From Macrostomum lignano (lineage: Eukaryota), in contig NIVC01004793.1 of the NCBI GenBank assembly GCA_002269645.1, positions 1-34,976 of the forward strand: a stretch of DNA of 34,976 bases. Direction: 5' to 3'. A program made the position numbers and the translations under genes. The notes under the pieces are model-generated. The model had not been told where the DNA came from. It saw only the letters and a program-made list of their open reading frames with translations, and made no database searches. Below, in pieces: positions 31,110-34,976 of the stretch; position 1 is the stretch's first letter; each line of letters opens with the position of its first letter.

Positions 31110-34050
31110 CCCAACAGTAGTAGTCTCGATAAATGGGGAGCAGCTGGAAATGATGCCCGATACGGGATCCAATATCGATGCAATCCGAGAATGCGATTTC
31201 AAAAAGCTCCGCATCCGTATTGCACAACTAAGGCATGACGCCATATTTCCTAAATCAGCCAGTGGACAGTTCATTAAGAGTAACGGCAATTTCTCCGCCA
31301 CAATAATGCTGAACGGGAAGCACGCAGCGACAAGGATTCATGTGCTGAAGAACTTGGTCGCGCCAGTGCTGTCCTGGCAGAGCTGTAGAAAACTGGGAAT
31401 CCGAATGACGGAAGAAAGCATACAGAACTGGATTTGATCCAAGAATTCCCGAGGGTCTTCGACGGAGTAATTCGGCCGATGAAGGGCGAAAAATTTTCAA
31501 TTGTGCTCAAAGAGGACGCGATCCCATTTTCCATGGAGACGCCACGCCGGCTACCACTGCCACTGCATGAAAAACTTAAAAACGAACTCGATGCCTTGGA
31601 AAGACAGCAAATTATCTGCAAAATAACAGAGCCGACACCCTGGTGCGCTCCAATAGTCGTAGCCCCGAAGAAGGGCACTGACCTAATTCGTCTTTGCGTG
31701 GATTTTATAGAGATAAACAAATACGTTCTGAGACCTCGATACCAATCACCAACACCACTGGAAGTTGTGGCCAGCACCAATGTATCCAACGCAGAATGGT
31801 TTACAGTTGTTGATGCATTGAAAGGATACCATCAAGTATCACTCCACGAGACAGTATGCCACTGACAACATTTATTACTCCTTATGGAAGATACATGTTC
31901 AGAATGGCACCTTTCGGGATCAGCTCTATCTCAGAATATTACAAAAAGAGACTGGATAGTGTTCTACAGGGCTTGAAAGATACTCGCCACATTGTGGATG
32001 ACTGCGTAATCGCAAGCGCCGACTACGAAAGCCAAATCCAAGCTGTTCGCGAATTTCTTTATCGGTGTGACGAGAGTGGAATATCATTGAATAAAAAAAA
32101 TTGTCTTCGCCAAGAAAAATGTAAAGTTTGCTGGATTTATCCTTACACTAAAGTGCTATCAGGTAGACCCTGACATGACAGCAGCCATTGCTCAATTCCC
32201 TGAGCCATCAAATATTACAGAATTACGCGCATTTATGGGCCAAGTGAATCAAATAGGACCATTCACAGATTCGATCGCAGAATGTACCTCGATATTAAAA
32301 CCTCTACTGAGCGCGAAGAATTCATTCATCTGGAACGAGGAGCACCAAAAAGCCTTCGATAAGGCACGAATCCATCTGTCTAAAGTCCCATCATTGGCAT
32401 ACTACGATCACACGAAGCCAATCGCACTGCACACCGACGCATCAAGGTTGAAGGGACTCGGATTTGTTCTCAAGCAGCAACAACCTGACGGCGCCTGGCG
32501 AATGATTCAGGCGGGCTCACGGTTTCTGGCTGACGCGGAGACGCGAAATGCTATGATCGAGCTCGAGTTGCTAGCAATTGTGTGGGCTTCGCAAAAATGT
32601 CGCTCGTTTTTAGAAGAACTCGATTCATTTTAAATCGTGACTGACCACAAGCCACTTATTCCGATATTAAACGGCTACAACTAGACCAAATCGAAAACCC
32701 GAGGTTGCAGCGCCTTCGTGCCAAGCTTAATCGCTACAACTATGAAGCAAAATGGGTACGAGGTAAAGACAATGTAGATGCCGATGCACTATCAAGAGCT
32801 CGATTGCAAATGCAACTGAAGAAGATCAGATTGATTAGAATCAAGCTCTAAGTAGTGTGAATTTGTTGACCATGGTAATGGAAGATACGGAAATGGACTT
32901 TAACATGAAGAGAATACAAGAACACGTAAAGAAAGACACAGAAATGCAAGAGCTCATCCAAGTAATAGAGAATGGATTCCCGAACGATAAAGCTAATCTT
33001 CCAGTTAATCTAAGACCGTACTGGCACATTAGACATAAGCTTGTCGTCGAAAACGGAGTCGTTCTCAATGGATGCCGGTGTATCATCCCTAAAGAAATGC
33101 GAAAAGAAGTTTTGAGAACATACATTCAAGTCACCAAGGTGCTACTAAGACCAAAGCAAGAGCAAGAATGGTCGTCTATTGGCCCAGCATGGAACGTCAG
33201 ATCGATGACACTATAAAGCAATGCAAAGCATGCCAAGAAACCCGTCCAAATCAGGTTAGAGAACTGATGTTGCCGAGAACTTCACCAGCAAGGTGCTTCC
33301 AGGAAGTTCATGCCGACTTTTGTGAACACCGCGGCAGGCAATTACTAGTGATAGTGGACGGATACTCTGGATGGATCAACGTATGGAACTTCGGACAAAA
33401 TGCTCCGATTTACAAGCTGATTAACGCGTGCCGTGAGCTATTTTGTCAGACAGCTGTACCGGAATTGTTCTGGTCAGACTCAGGTCCTCAGTTCAAGGCC
33501 AGCGCATTTGGTAACTTTTTGAAGAGATGGGGAGTCGAGTCCAGATTCTCATCCCCATACCCCCACCAAAGCAACGGGAGAGCCGAAGCGGCAGTCAAGT
33601 CAGCCAAAAAGATCATCAGAGGATCGTGGGATTATCGCAACAATGACATAAACAAGGACAAAATGGCGGAAGAAATACTTATCTATAGAAACACACCTAC
33701 AGTGTATGTATGATGGACGCATTCCTTCTATTATGCTGTATGGACAGCCAGCAAGAGATTCACTTCCTGCTCATCGAAGAAGCTTTAATCCCGAATGGTA
33801 CAACACGATTAAACAAACGGAGGACACAGCATCAGAAGTTCACGAGGCTGTGGAGCAACAGTACAACAAGTCCAAGAGAAGCCTCGATGGAATCCGAATA
33901 GGGTCGACTTTAGTTCTTCAATAGCCAACAACGAAACTGTGGCAACGGAGAGGAGTAGTGGTAGAGGTCGGAAAAGACCGCGACTACCTGGTAAAGTTGG
34001 CGAGCGGCAGAATACTACGGAGAAACCGCATTTACGTACGGCCAACAATG
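31110..34050 (+). pseudogene. pol: Gypsy pol (PR, RT, RH, INT), multiple frameshifts and stops
   Basis: MMPDTGSN, VDALKGYHQ, HIVDD, TDASRLKG, ELELLA, HADF, SDSGPQF, SNGRAE, ILRRNR. Confidence 0.88.
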
Positions 34051-34071
34051 CCACTGACCGCCGACAACTGG

Positions 34072-34329
34072 TGTTGCATATTCTGCATGCTATGCTGCAT
34101 TATTCATAGATTTATTTGTGGTATATGCGCATTTAAGTATATTTCATTTCACACACATTGGCCATAGACACTGCCCCTGTTAACCCTGCGTTCTAAAGCT
34201 AATATAAGGAGAGCAAATATAAAGGAAATGAATGTTAACATCGGCATGGCAAGAGCCCGCTACCAAGCTTGAGATTACTAACCATAATTCACCTGGACTT
34301 CGAGTTGGTAACGGAAGTCGGATGTAACA
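34072..34329 (+). repeat. LTR (258 bp) of a further Gypsy element
   Basis: TGTTGCAT...ATGTAACA (7/8 inverted), followed by a PBS and gag; partly repeated at 34845-34976. Confidence 0.85.
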
Positions 34330-34330
34330 T

Positions 34331-34343
34331 TGGCGACGAGGAT
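34331..34343 (+). promoter_or_regulatory. Primer-binding site (tRNA-Ser GCU type)
   Basis: TGGCGACGAGGAT is complementary to the 3' end ATCCTCGTCGCCA of eukaryotic tRNA-Ser(GCU). Confidence 0.8.
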
Positions 34344-34361
34344 TCTTCAGAAGAAGACAAA

Positions 34362-34830
34362 ATGACCGCGCCAAATACTACTTCGAAAATCAGCACATTT
34401 GATCCGGCACGACCTGAAAGGTGGACTGTATACGAGGAGCGTCTGGAACAATACTTCATCGCTAAATCCATCACCAAAGAGGAGATTAAGCGAGCCGAGC
34501 TCATCACAGTAATTGGTGAAGACTGCTATACGTTGCTCAGAGACTTACTGTCTCCAGACTCCCCGAAGGACAAATCCTACGATGATTTAATTGAAAAGTT
34601 ACGAACGCATTTCACCCCAACGCCGAAAAGAATCATCGAGAGATACAACTTTCATCACCGAAGCCAGCAGGAAGGCGAATCCATTGCAGAGTACGTCGCG
34701 CAGCTACGGAAGTTGGCGGCGACCTGTTCGTTTGGAGGCTTTTTGTCGGAGGCGATCAGAGACAGACTGGTTTGTGGACTACGAAGCAAGCTGACACAGC
34801 AAAGGCTGCTGCAGGAGGACGATGTTTCAC
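34362..34830 (+). pseudogene. gag: Gypsy gag N-terminal half, truncated by an LTR copy
   Basis: MTAP..ISTFDPARPERWTVYEERLEQYF, IERYNFHHRSQQEGESIAEYVAQLRKLAATCSF..IRDRLVCG..LLQE. Confidence 0.88.
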
Positions 34831-34844
34831 TGGACTTCGAGTTA

Positions 34845-34976
34845 TGTGGTATGTGCGCATATAAAGTATATTTCATTTCACACACATTGGCCATAGACAC
34901 TGCCCCTGTTAACCCTGCGTTCTAAAGCTAATATAAGGAGAGCAAATATAAAGGAAATGAATGTTAACATCGGCAT
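34845..34976 (+). repeat. Partial second copy of the 34072-34329 LTR (offset 729 bp), runs off the window
   Basis: Matches 34116-34247, identical over the last ~110 bp. Confidence 0.9.

Larger units (their letters stand above)
29962..34071 (+). mobile_element. Gypsy (Mag-like) element: probable 5' LTR (~29962-30083), gag, pol; 3' end cut by the next LTR
   Basis: ...CATATAACA followed directly by TGGCATCGCAAGCAGG (PBS-like); pol is a diverged relative of 3535-6125. The LTR start is tentative. Confidence 0.8.

Overview
Eukaryotic (probably invertebrate animal; host not identifiable from sequence alone) repeat-dense window made almost entirely of nested, mostly decayed transposable elements. 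No host gene, rRNA, tRNA or CRISPR array is supported. In order: an Ingi/I-like LINE 3' half joined tail-to-tail with an RTE-like LINE fragment; a Gypsy pol plus LTR; a gag relic split by a PIF/Harbinger derivative (CTG TSD); a Copia relic split by a solo LTR (ACTAC TSD); a four-level nest whose core is a young full-length Gypsy element (10895-16367, minus strand, TATT TSD, LTRs about 99% identical, -1 frameshift signal); two mariner copies (one complete, TA TSD, DD34D); an Ngaro-like tyrosine-recombinase retroelement (RT-RH-YR, split direct repeats) interrupted by a Mag-like Gypsy (CTTTG TSD); and three further Gypsy elements. The most striking structure is a 754-bp Penelope-like insertion (15384-16137) of two ~300-bp inverted pseudo-LTRs, each carrying a hammerhead ribozyme motif. 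Its 13-bp target-site duplication is the tRNA primer-binding site of the host Gypsy element. Coordinates were counted by hand; family assignments come from motif recognition, not database searches.
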